A stretch of 35,529 nucleotides of DNA from a virus (Duplodnaviria; Caudoviricetes). The first letter of the stretch is position 1. Every line of letters starts with the position of its first letter. The notes beneath the pieces are model-generated. The model saw only the letters and a program-made list of their open reading frames with translations. It ran no database searches and was not told the DNA's origin. Below are positions 17,767 through 26,618 of this stretch, in pieces. The position numbers were made by a program, and so were the translations under genes. The DNA is taken from the IMG/VR virus record IMGVR_UViG_3300043618_000010, positions 1 to 35,529 of that record; one strand, given 5' to 3'.

Positions 17767-19200
17767 CTAGGTGAGGTTGTCAGGTGCGGGCAGCTGCTGC
17801 TGTGGCGTGGCCCCAGGCTGTTGACCTGCTGCCAGCGATGCGGCCAGGAACGCGTCCTGCGCCTGCCCGGTAGTGATGCGGGTGACCTGCTGCGGGCTTT
17901 CGCCCATGCGCTCGGCGACAACAGCCAGCGGATACCCGATGCTTTTGATCTTCGTGGCCATGTCGGCGACCACAGAGGGGTTGAGCTGCCGTGGGTCCTT
18001 CCAACGGACTTCCGACGACACGAAGTCCCGATCAGAACCGGCGATCTTCGCCGCCAGGCCGAACATGTCCTCCAGCGACTCGCCGAACCCGGTCTGGTAC
18101 TCGCCGATCTTCGCCACATGGTTGGTGTCCAACGCGATCACCGTGTCCGCCGAGACGTTGATCAGGTCCCCGGCGTAGTAGTAGGCGGGAGTGTGCGTCA
18201 GGATCAGCAGGTCGAGAATGTCGGCCTGGTGAGTCTTCAGATAGCCGAGAAGATCCGTCTGGGAAAACTCGCCGAACTTGGTGTTCTCCCCGGTAGACGC
18301 CCACAAGGTGCCCGGGTCGGGTCGGAACGGCTGCTCCATCTGCGGCTGGCCCGAGATCGGGTCCAGAACCGCCAACCCGGTTTCCGGGTCCTTAATCTCC
18401 TTGAACCGGTGCCCCGTCACATACTTCTGCCGGAACGCCGAATACCGCTCAGCGGTCATCCGGTTGAGCATCGACAGGTTGATCCGGTCCTGAACGTCGA
18501 TGCCCTGAGCAAAGTCCGGCTTCGGCAGCTCCCCCAACTCCAGGGCGCACGTGAACGGCACCACCGGGACCTCGCCCAGCGTGTTGATTTCCACGTCCTG
18601 GCGGAGATCCCAACTCTCGGTACCCCACGGCAACGCCCTGCCGGGAGACCGGCGGCCCGTCTGATACTTCACGATCACGTCAGGCAGGTAGACGGTCGCC
18701 TTTCCGACCTGCTCGACGTCGTCATACCAGGCCTTCAGCGCTGCGATCCGCTGCCCCGTCGCCGGATCGTATTCGACGATCACTTCACGCGGATGCTCCG
18801 GCGTGATCAGGGGGCGCCGCGGGTCCTTGGGGTGCGGTCCGACGATCGCGTAAGACTCCGACTGGCTGAGCGCGGTGCGGAAGATCTGCTTCTGCTTGGA
18901 GTCCATCCGGTTCTGCTGCCACCAGCGCCACGCCTCGTCGTCAGACTTCCCTGCAGCGTCGGTTATCCCGATCGCGAGTAGCCGGTGGACCGAAGCGTCG
19001 ACAACCATCTGAAGGAAATTCGTCCGCGCCTTCCGCTGGAAATCCAGGTAGACGCTGGCTGGCCCCTTCGGGCCTTGAGGCAGCGGCGGGTTCCCCGAGT
19101 AGTAGTCCCACCAACTATTCAGGCTGATCTGGCGGTCCCGCAGCTTCCGGCCCAGCCTCAGCAGCCACCAGTCCGGAGACAACGGGGTGGTATCCAGCAC
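17767..19200 (-). CDS. Portal protein (SPP1 gp6-like)
   Basis: DWWLLRLGRKL...WWDYYSG...NFLQMVVDASVHRL...LGEVPVVPF; start GTG 19200 or ATG 19215. Confidence 0.93.
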   Translation of the reverse strand: MLDTTPLSPDWWLLRLGRKLRDRQISLNSWWDYYSGNPPLPQGPKGPASVYLDFQRKARTNFLQMVVDASVHRLLAIGITDAAGKSDDEAWRWWQQNRMDSKQKQIFRTALSQSESYAIVGPHPKDPRRPLITPEHPREVIVEYDPATGQRIAALKAWYDDVEQVGKATVYLPDVIVKYQTGRRSPGRALPWGTESWDLRQDVEINTLGEVPVVPFTCALELGELPKPDFAQGIDVQDRINLSMLNRMTAERYSAFRQKYVTGHRFKEIKDPETGLAVLDPISGQPQMEQPFRPDPGTLWASTGENTKFGEFSQTDLLGYLKTHQADILDLLILTHTPAYYYAGDLINVSADTVIALDTNHVAKIGEYQTGFGESLEDMFGLAAKIAGSDRDFVSSEVRWKDPRQLNPSVVADMATKIKSIGYPLAVVAERMGESPQQVTRITTGQAQDAFLAASLAAGQQPGATPQQQLPAPDNLT

Positions 19201-19218
19201 GCGCGCACCCCGCATCCG

Positions 19219-20841
19219 TCAGAAGGTGTAGCCCTGCATCTCTTCGGCCTCGTCCAGCACGCCCTTGGTGATCGCGTCCGCCCGCGCCTCCCACGCCAAG
19301 ATGGACGCCACAGCGGCGTCGATCTTTCGGGGCGAGTCCGGGTGCTCCTTTCCGATCTGCACGCCGGTCCGTGACACCCGGCGGCGGGCGTTCAGCATGT
19401 GCCTGGTTAGGACGTGTGAACCGTCGTGGGTCATCTCCCGGTCCACGACCGCGTTGTGTAGACGCTCGGTCGCGCGGACGATCTGCACCGCCCGTCCGCC
19501 CGACATCCACCACTCGATCGGATGATCCCTGGCGGCCTTCGCCTTCAACCGGGCGCCGTACTCGGCCTCCCAGTCGCCGACGTGACCCTCCCACTTGGCA
19601 GGGTCGGCATAGAACGCCACCACATTGAACCGATCGAACGCGCCCTTCACAGCAGCCAGCACCTCAACCACCGGAACCTGCCAGCCGTCGGACGCGGGCC
19701 CTTCCGGCTCCTCCCAGATGCCGATAGGGAAAACATGCCCATCAGCGATGCGGCAGCCCATCAGAGCAGTCGCGTCCGTCACACCGCGGTTGCGCTTACG
19801 CGATCCGTCGAAGCCGAGCGAGATCGCCTCACCGTCAGCGACAACCCTCGACACGTCCACGCACGCGGCCCACTCCGGTTGGGCAAGCCACGAGTCCGAC
19901 GCGTGCGTGATCTGGTTCAGGAAGTCCGCCCTGGCCGTCTGCGGATCCGTGCCCGGATCCCAGACCGTGGCGACGATCACATCCAGATCAACATGCCCGC
20001 CGTTGATGTCAGCGGAATCCCCGTATGTGTAGGCCAGGCCGGCGAGCAAAGATGCACGCTCGCCCAGGTCGGTCTCCGGCGGCGCCTCCCGGTGGTCGTA
20101 GTGGAGACCATCGTCCTTGGCGCGCCCCTCACGGATAGCCGCCCAGAACTGGGCCGACATCTCCGCCACCGACTCCTCGCCGGGGATGAAGGCGTTCGGC
20201 GACTCGACCGTCGTGCCGCCGATCTTCGCAGCGTTGATCCTCATCACCTCGGCGAGGCGGGTGCCACGGTTCGACCTCACCCATTCCTCGGTCTGGTCCA
20301 ACACTGCGAAGACAGGCTTGTTGCCCTTCACCGTCCGTGCCGACGACGTGATCGGCTCGATCTTCCCGCGGGGCAAGTTGACGAAAGTGTCCAAAGGCTC
20401 AAGGCCTGGATATGCGTCCAGCACCGGGCCTTGGAGCATCTCCAGCAGCGGAGTCCACGTGTTCTTCGTCTGCGTCTCCGACACTGCGGCGATCTGCACC
20501 AGCGGCGTACGCACCTCAGACCACGGTTTGCCCACCGGTTGCCCGTTCGCGTCCCACCCTGCGGGCACAACCGGCCCGAGCGCCTCGACGATCGCCAGCG
20601 CCGCCAAGAACGGGCTCTTGCCCCATCCACGCGGCCTGGAGATGACCCCGCGGCGGAACCGGCGCTTACCAGTCCGCGGGTTGATCTCGTAGAAGCGGAG
20701 AACGAAATCTTCCTGCTCCGGGTACAGCACGAACGGCTCATACTCGCCGCGGTCCGGGGCCGCGAGCATCTCCGCGATCCAGTCGATTACCTCGAAGCCC
20801 AGGGTGGGGACCGCCCCAGGCTCGGGCGGAATCCACGGCAT
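19219..20841 (-). CDS. Terminase large subunit
   Basis: Walker A RPRGWGKS, Walker B-like AVLDQTEEW, nuclease motifs LGFDGS and KIDAAVA. Confidence 0.95.
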   Translation of the reverse strand: MPWIPPEPGAVPTLGFEVIDWIAEMLAAPDRGEYEPFVLYPEQEDFVLRFYEINPRTGKRRFRRGVISRPRGWGKSPFLAALAIVEALGPVVPAGWDANGQPVGKPWSEVRTPLVQIAAVSETQTKNTWTPLLEMLQGPVLDAYPGLEPLDTFVNLPRGKIEPITSSARTVKGNKPVFAVLDQTEEWVRSNRGTRLAEVMRINAAKIGGTTVESPNAFIPGEESVAEMSAQFWAAIREGRAKDDGLHYDHREAPPETDLGERASLLAGLAYTYGDSADINGGHVDLDVIVATVWDPGTDPQTARADFLNQITHASDSWLAQPEWAACVDVSRVVADGEAISLGFDGSRKRNRGVTDATALMGCRIADGHVFPIGIWEEPEGPASDGWQVPVVEVLAAVKGAFDRFNVVAFYADPAKWEGHVGDWEAEYGARLKAKAARDHPIEWWMSGGRAVQIVRATERLHNAVVDREMTHDGSHVLTRHMLNARRRVSRTGVQIGKEHPDSPRKIDAAVASILAWEARADAITKGVLDEAEEMQGYTF

Positions 20842-20844
20842 CGT

Positions 20845-21321
20845 CTACTCGTTCGACGCCTTCGGATCCGGCAGAGCGTGCAACACGCCGCGGCGCTCCC
20901 GCGAGGATGGCGGCGTCTCAGGCCTGCGGCTGTCCGCCTCATCGGCCTGCGCGAACTGCATACGCAGACGAGCGCGGTCCTCCACAGTGGCCCCGAACTT
21001 CGCCACACGCAGTCGGAGTTCCGCCGCCTGCGACAGATCACCCATCCAGAAGCGCGCATGGATCAACGCCGTGTCCACGAGGAACTGCCAGTCCGTAGAC
21101 GAGAAGTGCTCAGCCTGCGGTGACGCCTTCCACGTGACCCACCACTCAACGGTCCGGGCCGGCCACTGCCACTCCAGGAGTGCGCCGTCCTTCTCGATCT
21201 CAAACGACGGCAGCTCGGGGGCCTCCGCCTGCTCGAACCTCAGAATCGTCTGCGGCTGAGGGTCCTTGTTCTTCCTAGCCCGCCTCGACGGGTCCTTCGG
21301 AGCGGGGCCCATGCCGGCCAT
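20845..21321 (-). CDS. Terminase small subunit
   Basis: MAGMGPAPKDPSRRARKNK...AAELRLRVAKFGATVEDRARLRM; directly upstream of terL. Confidence 0.88.
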   Translation of the reverse strand: MAGMGPAPKDPSRRARKNKDPQPQTILRFEQAEAPELPSFEIEKDGALLEWQWPARTVEWWVTWKASPQAEHFSSTDWQFLVDTALIHARFWMGDLSQAAELRLRVAKFGATVEDRARLRMQFAQADEADSRRPETPPSSRERRGVLHALPDPKASNE

Positions 21322-21329
21322 GACGCAAC

Positions 21330-21366
21330 CTCCCATGTCGGGAAAGCGGAACACCCATGGCGGGTG
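21330..21366 (-). promoter_or_regulatory. Twin mini-hairpin leader of terS
   Basis: mRNA CACCC-GCCAU-GGGUG then UCCC-GACAU-GGGAGG overlapping the SD. Confidence 0.6.
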
Positions 21367-21374
21367 AACCACAG

Positions 21375-21540
21375 ATCAAGATCGTGAAAGTTCCAGGCCC
21401 GTAGACGGGGCCAGCCACAGCACCTGTCCGGGCTGGGAGGAGGGGGCCACCAGGGGTTCCCCCCACCCTGTTCGTGATCACCGTGTTGTGATCTTGGTGT
21501 GGTGATCACTGCCTGTGGTGGTGTGCCCCCGCGAGTGGCC
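21375..21540. other. Probable cos / genome-end region
   Basis: Non-coding gap between HNH-side genes and terS with G-runs on the minus strand (GGGTGGGGGGAACCCC); exact cut site not identifiable. Confidence 0.5.
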
Positions 21541-21544
21541 CTAG

Positions 21545-21718
21545 CTACTCGCTGGCTTCCCTGCCGTCCAGGGAGTGGTGGACGATGAGCCACCCGATGG
21601 ACCCGTCCTCCTGCGGTGCTGGCTGCACCTGTGGTCCGCACACGCAGGTGGGCTCGTCTGTGCTGGTGTCGTGGTCTATGCCGTCACCTACAGGGTGGAC
21701 GTGCAGAGTGGCGGTCAC
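21545..21718 (-). CDS. Small His/Cys putative metal-binding protein (57 aa)
   Basis: Manual translation MTATLHVHPVGDGIDHDTSTDEPTCVCGPQVQPAPQEDGSIGWLIVHHSLDGREASE; GTGA-coupled to the HNH stop; below the ORF-track cutoff. Confidence 0.75.
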   Translation of the reverse strand: MTATLHVHPVGDGIDHDTSTDEPTCVCGPQVQPAPQEDGSIGWLIVHHSLDGREASE

Positions 21719-22023
21719 CGTAGTCCCGGGTGTGCCTCTGAGGGGCGGCGTAGAGGGGGCGGTGTGAGGCGTGCCGCGTTGCCCTGTGCTGAGCTCTTCT
21801 TGTTGTGGTGCCAGGAGCAGAGGAGGCGGAGGTTGGAGAGGTGGTGTAGGTGTGGGTCGCCGATGTGGTCGACGTCCGTGCCGGGCTCTGCGCAGCGGGT
21901 GCCGTCCCTCAGGGACTCTGTGCAGCGGTAGGCGTCACGCTGGAGGATTGCGGGGCGGATCTCGGTGTACCAGTTCGAGGGCAGTTGTGCTCGCCGCTGC
22001 GATCCTGCCCACTTGCCGGACAT
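21715..22023 (-). CDS. Packaging-associated HNH endonuclease (HK97 gp74-like)
   Basis: ILQRDAYRC...TDVDHIGDPHLHHLSNLRLLCSWHHNKKS; upstream of terS. Confidence 0.9.
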   Translation of the reverse strand: MSGKWAGSQRRAQLPSNWYTEIRPAILQRDAYRCTESLRDGTRCAEPGTDVDHIGDPHLHHLSNLRLLCSWHHNKKSSAQGNAARLTPPPLRRPSEAHPGLR

Positions 22024-22274
22024 CAGGTCCTCTCTGAGTCCTTGGCCTTGAGTTGGGCTCGGGCTTCATCTCGCTCCCGCACAAACCACAGAAGCGCGTA
22101 CCACAGGACGACCTGCATGAGGGTGGCGTACGAGATGGGGGGCCAGTCTTCAGGAGCCCACAACCGGTAGGCGAGCATCACGATCTCAGCGAGGAGGAAC
22201 ACCTTGAGGGACTTTGCCGCTTCGCTTTGGGCAAGGTATGCGTAGACGTGCCAGGCGCGCTGGAGGGTGTTCAC
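22023..22274 (-). CDS. Small two-TM membrane protein
   Basis: LKVFLLAEIVMLAYRLW...LMQVVLWYALLWFVRERDEAR. Confidence 0.65.
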   Translation of the reverse strand: MNTLQRAWHVYAYLAQSEAAKSLKVFLLAEIVMLAYRLWAPEDWPPISYATLMQVVLWYALLWFVRERDEARAQLKAKDSERT

Positions 22275-22360
22275 GTCCGCGACTTCCCCGTTGCCGCCAT
22301 GCATACGCAGTAGCCCACCAGGGTGGAGAGTTCGAGGGCGATGTGCATGTTGATGCGCAT
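22271..22360 (-). CDS. Putative 29-aa micro-ORF
   Basis: MRINMHIALELSTLVGYCVCMAATGKSRT; TGATG overlap upstream and GTGA overlap downstream fill the gap exactly. Confidence 0.45.
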   Translation of the reverse strand: MRINMHIALELSTLVGYCVCMAATGKSRT

Positions 22361-22638
22361 CAGACGTCCCCGCCATCCGGCGCTGCCTCTACTTCAGGCT
22401 GTGGATCACCGTCAGGCTCGCGCGACTCCTCGGTGGTCGCCTCTTTCACCGACAGCGTGACGGGGCGCTTGCTCTGGTTGACGTGGTGGCAGACCACGGT
22501 GGTCTTGTCGCTGATGCCCTCAGCGTCCAGGGTCTGAACGAAGTCCCTGAGAGCCTCCACGCTCATACTGCCTCCCTCGCGGGGTGGGCGGCTGTGGATG
22601 TATAGGGATGTTGAACGCGAGCGGACGACTTCTGCCAT
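22360..22638 (-). CDS. Hypothetical protein (alternative start 22566)
   Basis: Two in-frame ATGs, each with an SD (GAGGAG, GGGAGG); acidic C-terminus. Confidence 0.55.
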   Translation of the reverse strand: MAEVVRSRSTSLYIHSRPPREGGSMSVEALRDFVQTLDAEGISDKTTVVCHHVNQSKRPVTLSVKEATTEESREPDGDPQPEVEAAPDGGDV

Positions 22639-22643
22639 GTTGG

Positions 22644-22693
22644 CTCCTCATGGTGTGGCGAGAGCCCCGACTCATGAGGTAGTCAGGGCTCTC
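22644..22693 (-). promoter_or_regulatory. 13-bp hairpin whose loop pairs with the downstream SD
   Basis: Arms 22660-22672/22681-22693 (one G-U on the minus strand); loop ACCUCAUG vs CAUGAGG at 22646-22652. Confidence 0.6.
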
Positions 22694-22724
22694 TACCTCC
22701 AGGAGCTACCTGGAGGGATTCTGG

Positions 22725-22943
22725 TCAGGCGCACCAGCGTGGGACGTCCCACTCGGCGGCCTTGAGTGCTTCTGTCGCCATCTCGGCGGCTTGCGGGTGT
22801 CCTTCAGCGACCATTCGGAGGACGTGCCGCATGAGGTCGTCTTCAGCCCCGTGTGCCGCTTCTGGGTCGCCTCGGCAGGTGTCTCGGATGTGGGCCATGG
22901 CGTGCTGGAGGCTGACGACGTCATTGAGATCGTCCAGGCTCAC
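22725..22943 (-). CDS. Hypothetical protein (72 aa)
   Basis: MSLDDLNDVV...GDPEAAHGAEDDLMRHVL...WDVPRWCA; GTGA-coupled. Confidence 0.7.
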   Translation of the reverse strand: MSLDDLNDVVSLQHAMAHIRDTCRGDPEAAHGAEDDLMRHVLRMVAEGHPQAAEMATEALKAAEWDVPRWCA

Positions 22944-23455
22944 GGCCGCTTCCACCAGTAGTAGGCGAGGACGTCGCCCTTCCAGGTGTCTACGACGCCG
23001 GGGTTGAGCTCGTTGAGCATGGCCTCGTACGTCCAGTGGTCGATGTGGCGTTCGAACGGGTTGCCGTTGACGGCGTCCTGGTCGAGGTGGAGAACGGGGA
23101 TGGCGATCAGCAGGTTGGGGAACTGCAGTTTGAGCCCGTCGAGCAGGACGCTGGCATGTAGGCGGCTCATGTGTTCCAGGACGTCCCCGGCGATGACGAG
23201 ATCGGCGGTGAGGAACCACGACCAGTCGACCAGGCGAGCGTCGGCCACGTGAGCCACGTCGTACAGCTGGTCGAGCTGGTAGGTGGTGATATAGGGGCCC
23301 CACGCTTCTATGCCGACCCAGTGCGCGCGGTGGTGTGGTCGCATGAGTTTGGCGTAGGTGCCATCACCGGGCCCGATGTCGATGACGAGCTCGGGTCGGA
23401 TTTTCAGGTAGGTGTGGAGCGCCCAGTCTTTGCCTTGCGGGTCTGAGGTGGGCAT
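22940..23455 (-). CDS. Class I SAM-dependent methyltransferase
   Basis: Motif I VIDIGPGDGTY, VGIEAW, DLVIAGDVLEHM; no DNA-MTase catalytic motif visible. Confidence 0.9.
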   Translation of the reverse strand: MPTSDPQGKDWALHTYLKIRPELVIDIGPGDGTYAKLMRPHHRAHWVGIEAWGPYITTYQLDQLYDVAHVADARLVDWSWFLTADLVIAGDVLEHMSRLHASVLLDGLKLQFPNLLIAIPVLHLDQDAVNGNPFERHIDHWTYEAMLNELNPGVVDTWKGDVLAYYWWKRP

Positions 23456-23471
23456 GCGCGGGTCCTTGCGG

Positions 23472-23750
23472 TTAGGGGCCGACGAGGATGGGGCCGGAGC
23501 GGCGGACTGGTTCCTCAGGTGGGGCGTCGATGCGGACCCAGGCGGTGTACACGCCTGGGGTGAGCATGAGGGCGGTCCCGGGGCCGATGAGGACCTTGTA
23601 GGAGCCGTCTCCGTCCCACGTCGCGGGCAACCAGTCGGCTTCGGCGGGTTCTCCGCCGGCCACAACGGCGATCTCTGCGGAGATGTCGGCTGCCCCGTCG
23701 TCCACGGGGATGTGTAGGTATTCCTTGCTGGTGGCGGCGATACCGGCCAT
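23472..23750 (-). CDS. Fibre adaptor protein, paralog B
   Basis: SKEYLHIPVD...W..A.W...VLIGP...GVYTAWVRIDAPPEEPV; similar to 27902-28186. Confidence 0.75.
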   Translation of the reverse strand: MAGIAATSKEYLHIPVDDGAADISAEIAVVAGGEPAEADWLPATWDGDGSYKVLIGPGTALMLTPGVYTAWVRIDAPPEEPVRRSGPILVGP

Positions 23751-23762
23751 TGCACCCCCTCT

Positions 23763-25118
23763 CTAGAACACTGGTTCGCCGACCCGCCATTTGAATGTGG
23801 GCGGTCGGGCGATGACCTTTATGTCGAGGTCGCCGATGCTGACCGCGGTGACGGCGCCTCTGCCTGGGCGCAGGAGGATCACACCGGCACGGCCGGTCAG
23901 GGTGACAGAGGTGCTGCCGTCGCCTACGGCGGTGACGGAGCCTGCGCCGGGCCGTACCCAGATGACGCCGGCGGAGCCTTGGAGCGTCTGCTGTTGTACG
24001 GCTAGCACCGCGGCCGCGCCGGGGCGCACCCTGATGGAGCCTGTGGAGCCTTGCAGGAGCGTCTGCCGGACGGCCGTGACTGTGGCGGATCCTGGCCGTA
24101 GACGGATCGACGCGGTGGTCCCTTGCGGGGCGGCGTTTTGGACGGTGTGGACGGTTCCGTGCCCGGCTGAGACCCGGATGGTTGCGGTGTAGCCCACGTT
24201 GAGGCTGATCGCCCCGGTTGAGATGCTGCCCGCCGATGCTCGGACCCGGATCGACCCGTTCTTGCCTGCCAGGGTCGCGATCTGGACGGGAGCGGATTGG
24301 CCGGCGGAGGCGCGCAGCTGGATGGAGCCTGCCCTGCCGGTGAGAACGATGCTGGCTGCGGAGGTGAAGAGGCCGGAGCCTGCGCGGACGCGGATGCTGC
24401 CGGTCGACCCCTGTACGGCGACGACGCGGGCCGCTATGACCGTCCCTGCGGATGCTCGCACCCGGATGGAACCGGACGCTCCCGCAGAGGTGACGGCCTG
24501 AACGGTGGTGACCTGCCCGGCGGAGGCTCGGACTTGGATGGTTCCTGAGCGGCCTGATAGTTGAACGGTCTGGCCGAGTGTGAACGCCCCGGAGCCGGCG
24601 CGGACACGGACCGAGCCGGTTGTGCCCTGGAGAGCGACGACCTGGGCGGCGGTGACCGAGCCTGCGGAGGCGCGGACCCGCACGGTTCCGCTGCTGCCCT
24701 GCACGGACACGACCTGGGCGGCGACGACGCTGCCAGCGCTTGCCCGAACCCTGATCGATGCGGTCGTGCCGGCCATTGGGGCGTTGCGGGCTGCCTGGAC
24801 GGCGGCCTGTCCCGCCCGGACGAGGATGCTGCCTGAGCGGCCCGCGACGGGGGCGGCTTGGACGGCGAGAATGGTCCCGGCAGAGGCCCTGACCCTGATG
24901 GCGGCTGTGTTGCTGGCGGTCAGGATGTCGGTGACGCTGACCGATCCCGCGCTCGCGGACACCCTGATGGTGCCTGTGGTGCCCTGCAGGGTGACGCTTG
25001 TAGCCGACGCTGCTGCGCTACGAGCGACGGCAGGGCGACGGCGGACCCAAGGGGCGCGGGATGCGGCCCGGAAGACGGCTACGCCCGTGCGCCGCGACGG
25101 GTACGTCCGCCGCGCCAT
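23763..25118 (-). CDS. Basic repeat fibre/shaft protein (~16 x 24-aa repeats)
   Basis: Repeat LxGxxGSIRVRASAGxVxAxQxx; Arg-rich N-terminus. Confidence 0.8.
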   Translation of the reverse strand: MARRTYPSRRTGVAVFRAASRAPWVRRRPAVARSAAASATSVTLQGTTGTIRVSASAGSVSVTDILTASNTAAIRVRASAGTILAVQAAPVAGRSGSILVRAGQAAVQAARNAPMAGTTASIRVRASAGSVVAAQVVSVQGSSGTVRVRASAGSVTAAQVVALQGTTGSVRVRAGSGAFTLGQTVQLSGRSGTIQVRASAGQVTTVQAVTSAGASGSIRVRASAGTVIAARVVAVQGSTGSIRVRAGSGLFTSAASIVLTGRAGSIQLRASAGQSAPVQIATLAGKNGSIRVRASAGSISTGAISLNVGYTATIRVSAGHGTVHTVQNAAPQGTTASIRLRPGSATVTAVRQTLLQGSTGSIRVRPGAAAVLAVQQQTLQGSAGVIWVRPGAGSVTAVGDGSTSVTLTGRAGVILLRPGRGAVTAVSIGDLDIKVIARPPTFKWRVGEPVF

Positions 25119-25120
25119 GG

Positions 25121-25591
25121 TCAGCCGCCGATCTCTTCAAAGTAGAGGGTGCCGGACACGGTGATGCTGTCGGCCGGGGTCGTGGCGAGCTCGATGGTGT
25201 ATCGCTGCGAAGGCGACAGGACGTGCCGGATCTCTGGGGTCGGCAGGCCGGGGAATGGTCCGCGGATGTACCAGTTCTCGCTGTGCAGGGTGGTGATGGT
25301 GCCGCTTGTGGCCTTGGTCGTGTTGTTGACCTTGCAGGTGCTTCCTGCTGCGGGAGATCCGAACTCCAGGGGCACGGGCGTGGGCGTCGAGCCGCCGCTG
25401 CCTGTGGTGGTTGCACCCCGTTTGAACAGGATGCTCAGTCCCTCTTCCTGCGCGTCGCCGACCTCGGTCGACTGGGTGAGCACCAGGTTGTGGATGAGGA
25501 CCACCGCATCTGATGGTGCGGCGATCTCGAAGAAGTCTTGCTGCGCTGTCACCGCAACGCCAGAGAACTGCACGCTGTACATCAGGCCCAC
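25121..25591 (-). CDS. Beta-rich putative virion appendage protein
   Basis: 156 aa, Thr/Ser/Gly-rich, inside the fibre cassette. Confidence 0.7.
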   Translation of the reverse strand: MGLMYSVQFSGVAVTAQQDFFEIAAPSDAVVLIHNLVLTQSTEVGDAQEEGLSILFKRGATTTGSGGSTPTPVPLEFGSPAAGSTCKVNNTTKATSGTITTLHSENWYIRGPFPGLPTPEIRHVLSPSQRYTIELATTPADSITVSGTLYFEEIGG

Positions 25592-25600
25592 GAGGTCACC

Positions 25601-26611
25601 TCATCCGGTCCAGTCGGTGGTGGAGACCCCGCTCGGGGTCCAGTACTTGCCGCTGTCTCCTGGGGAGCCGTAGGCGGCGCCGGGCGGTACCAGCCACCGG
25701 TTGCGGCGCCACAGGTTGCCGCTGCCGTCGGTCCAGCCGTACAACTCGAAAAACACGGGTTGGATCAAAGTGGACAACGTGTTGTCCGTGAACACCACGT
25801 TGGTGTTGCCGCTCCCGTTGCCGCCGATGTTGACGGTCGCGCCGAACCCGCCAAGCAGGTTCCCGGTCGCGGTGATGTTGGAGTAGTACTGCGGGGTGCC
25901 CGGGTCTACCTGCAACGCGATCGCGTTCGTGTTGCCGCCGGAGATGATCGTGTTGTTGCGGATCGTGATGTACGAGACGTTCGATCCACCGTTCGAGGAA
26001 AGGATCCCGTCGTGGTGGTAGACATCGTGCGACTGGTCCGCGGCGTCGTGCATGTAGCAGCTCTCGACCGTCACTGGGTTGGTCGCGGTCGAGCTGACGT
26101 CAAGTTGGATGGCGTTGCCGAAGCCCCAGAATTCGCACCGCCGGGCGGTCAGCCCAACCCCGGAGTGGTTGACCCCGAACTGGTAGGACTGGGCGAAGGA
26201 GACGGGCGGCGATCCCACGGAGGCAGGCCGAAAGGTGCAGTACTCGAACGTGGTGTTCGTCCCGTAGTCCTGCACGTTGGGAAAGTTGGGCGCTGTCGCC
26301 TCGAACAGGCAGCCCCTGAACGTCACACCGCTGGGTCGAGACCCTGCGGTTCCGATGGCCACCCCGCCGTTGAACCGCAAACCCTGGTATGTGGTGCCGT
26401 TGAACGCGACCGGGATTGGGTCGGCTCCGCTGTAGTTGGTCAGGCTGCCCGTGTAGCCCGGCCACGCGGTGTAGCCGGTGTTGGTGGCGTCCGGGAACCC
26501 TTCCATCGCGCCCGTACCGGCCCGCAGACGCACCGCGCCCGCAGCACCAGTCAGGAGCGCAGCGATCATGGCCGTCGAGGGCCGGGCGATTCGCGTGACG
26601 ACAACGCCCAC
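25601..26611 (-). CDS. Parallel beta-helix (pectin-lyase-like) protein, putative adhesin or depolymerase
   Basis: VTFRGCLF, TTFEYCTF, VTVESCYMHD, HHDGI, ITIRNNTI, ITATGNLL, VVFTDNTL repeats. Confidence 0.8.
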   Translation of the reverse strand: MGVVVTRIARPSTAMIAALLTGAAGAVRLRAGTGAMEGFPDATNTGYTAWPGYTGSLTNYSGADPIPVAFNGTTYQGLRFNGGVAIGTAGSRPSGVTFRGCLFEATAPNFPNVQDYGTNTTFEYCTFRPASVGSPPVSFAQSYQFGVNHSGVGLTARRCEFWGFGNAIQLDVSSTATNPVTVESCYMHDAADQSHDVYHHDGILSSNGGSNVSYITIRNNTIISGGNTNAIALQVDPGTPQYYSNITATGNLLGGFGATVNIGGNGSGNTNVVFTDNTLSTLIQPVFFELYGWTDGSGNLWRRNRWLVPPGAAYGSPGDSGKYWTPSGVSTTDWTG

Positions 26612-26618
26612 CCGCGTA

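Noticed and set aside
19219-20841. Intein in terminase large subunit
   Set aside because: Normal length and no splicing motifs.
22940-23455. DNA methyltransferase / restriction-modification role
   Set aside because: No DPPY/NPPY or PC motif; it resembles small-molecule or glycan methyltransferases.
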